From: Carcharhinus amblyrhynchos
Taxonomy: Eukaryota
Direction of reading: 5' to 3'
Assembly: GCA_965287045.1 (NCBI GenBank)
Contig: OZ336885.1
Coordinates: 21,824,001 to 21,888,000 of the forward strand
DNA: 64,000 bases
Part shown: in pieces, positions 61,730 to 64,000 of the stretch
How the letters are laid out: every line of letters begins with the position of its first letter
Position numbering within the stretch: position 1 is the stretch's first letter
Program-made: the position numbers and the translations under genes
The notes under the pieces: generated by a model
What the model was told of the DNA's origin: nothing
Seen by the model: only the letters and a program-made list of their open reading frames with translations
The model's database searches: none

Positions 61730-62635
61730 CCACTGTCTAGGTAAAGAAATTTCTCCTCATTTCAGTCCTAGATGGTTTACCCCATATCCTTAAACTGTGA
61801 CCCCTGGTTCTGGTCTCCCCTGCCATCAAGAACATCCTTCCTGCATCTTCCCTGTTTAGCCCTGTTACAATTTTATAACTTTCTGTGAAATCCCCCTCAT
61901 TCTTCTAAACTCCAGCAAATATACTCAGTGAGTCTCTCCTCATATACCATACTGGGAATCAGTCTGGTAAACCTTCACTGCACACACTTCATAACAAGAA
62001 CGTAATTCCTCAGATAAGGTAACCAAAACTGCACACAAAATTCCACATGTGGTCTCACCAAGGCTTTATATGACTGCAGCAAGACATCCCTGCTCGCTAT
62101 GAAGGCCAACATAACATTTGTCTTCTTTACTGCCTACTGCACCCGCCTGCTTATTTTTAGCAACTGGTGTACAAGGGCAGCCAAGTCTCATTGTGCATTG
62201 TCCTCTCTCAGTGTATAGCCATTCAGATAATCTTCTTTCCTGTTTTTGCTACCAAAGTGAGTGGTGTCACATTATCCACATAATCCTACATCTGCCATGT
62301 ATTTGCCCAATCACTCAACTTGTCCAAATCACAATGAAGCATCTCTGCACCTTCCTCACAGTTTACCTCCCATCCAGCTTTGTATCATCTGCAAATCTGG
62401 AGATATTACATTTAGTTCCCTCACCTAAGTCATTAATATGAATTGTGGTTAGCCGGGGTCCTAGCACCGAACCTTGTAGTACCTCACTAATCACTGCCTG
62501 CCACTTGGAAAAGGATCCATTTACTCCTACTCTTTGCTTCCTATCTGCCAACCAGTTTTCTATCCATCTCAATCCCATGTGCATTAATTAAAAATGCTAA
62601 TCTTTTTTGTGGAATCTTGTCAAAAGCCTTCAAGA
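61730..62635 (-). mobile_element. CR1 RT to 3' region, degenerate
   Basis: ORF 62363-62584 WIENWLADRKQRVGVNGSFS...QGSVLGP...SRFADDTKL. Confidence 0.9.
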
Positions 62636-63519
62636 TATTTAGGAGAGAAATTCAGTGTCACTGTTTTCTGCATCAAGCTGGTAATCTGAAGAGACCAGAG
62701 GCATCACGATATTATAAGTCTTCCCACCCACCCTCAGCTCTCGCCCGTAATATAGAGGGTGCTGCCTGTCACATTTAAATTAATAATTAAGGATTGATTA
62801 GGCTCGTTATCAATATGCTGCTACACAATGAAATATTCGGTGTAGGAAATGGAAATCTTAGGCCCCTCTCCACCACCACCACCCCGCTGCCCTTTAACTT
62901 AAATGTTTAAAGGATGGGAAGGATGAGTTGTTGCTCTTTATTCTTCAAAGACTGCCTTTTGCTGATTATGGGATTGGATCTCCCCTTCCTATCTGCTTTG
63001 TCCCTTAAATCCACTCCTCCTTTCCCTAACCTACCCAAAACCATCCAACCAGAGATCCTGGATTTGCTCTGGGAATCCACGGACTTTGGTCTTCTTTTCT
63101 TCAGTCTTGGCAGCTGCTACTAACGGCTCCCTATTGGCCGGCAACTCCAGAGGGTGGGACTCCCACTCCAATCAGTTCCACTTGGCCTTCATTAGATGGC
63201 CCTACAGTGCTTTAAAATGGAGCATGTCAGCTCCAAGCTCACGTTGTTTCCATGGGGTCATGGTGTCTGGTGATGCCCCCCCGATTTATTATTCAGCATA
63301 TCGATTGCTTCTAGTTGTGATAGAGCTCGAGAAGAATCTCCATCAAAGACAGATTACATTATGATAGAGACAAATCAGAGCAATATATTGTAACAGAGAT
63401 TACAAGACCAGTGAATATGCTTCAGTTGTGTGGTTATAGAGAAGATCCTACAATCTTTATGCAACTTAAATTGGAAAAAAAGGACTTTCCTTCAGTTCAT
63501 TTCAACCTGTTATTTTTTA

Positions 63520-63670
63520 TTTATTATTTTATTAGTGTCACAAGCAGGCTTCCACTAACACTGCAAATAAAGTTACTGTGAAAATCCCCTCATCGCCACA
63601 CTCTGGTGCATGTTTAGGAACATTGAAGGAGAATTTTAGCATTGCCAATGCACTTAACCAGCACATTTTT
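63520..63670 (-). mobile_element. V-SINE 3' part, same tail as 41736-42006
   Basis: Reverse complement GTGTGGCGATGAGGGGATTTTCACAGTAACTT...GCTTGTGACACTAATAAA. Confidence 0.8.
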
Positions 63671-64000
63671 CTTTCAATTGCCATTATTTTATATAATGTT
63701 GGTGAAAGAAGTCAGACTTTTTCAGTTGTTTCATTTTGCCTCTTGCTGTTCTGGACAAAACTTATTACAACTGAATGTACATTGCCAGTGGCTGCTTTCT
63801 GTTGTTGTCTTCTCTTTTACCAATCCTCGCTGTTAAAGCTGGCAGACTATTCATGTTAAATAGAGATATCAACGCTGGAAAGGAGTCAAAATAAGTAGAT
63901 TGTCAAAACTGGCAATACTTCATCATTTCCAGTGCTTACCTATTTTGGGCTCCGAAGTCACTATGGATTTTTTTGTTAATGCTCCAGCTCACTGAATGTA

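Noticed and set aside
60381-61744. Cluster of 70-150 aa ORFs
   Set aside because: GC-rich repeat interior, low complexity, no coherent protein

Overview
Eukaryotic genomic DNA, almost certainly from a shark or ray: it carries HE1-like V-SINEs, DeuSINEs and abundant CR1 LINEs. The window lies inside a + strand NOL4L gene. Three coding exons are visible (11358-11469, 11573-11682, 48555-48696) with canonical, phase-compatible splice sites. A CpG island at ~35.4-35.95 kb in the 36.9-kb intron, with a CRE and a consensus splice donor, looks like an internal promoter for the short isoform starting MSDTTW. Most of the rest is decayed transposon sequence: a GalEa-like Ty1/copia remnant, two Gypsy remnants and a Gmr1-like gag, solo LTRs, CR1, L2, RTE, Rex1, Tx1 and Penelope elements (with decayed hammerhead ribozyme motifs), a Harbinger remnant and MITEs. 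Several nested insertions have readable target-site duplications (TSDs). I found no convincing new multi-gene system; the best leads are regulatory (NOL4L isoforms) and transposon-evolutionary. Family calls rest on recalled motifs, not database searches, and element boundaries without a stated TSD are approximate.
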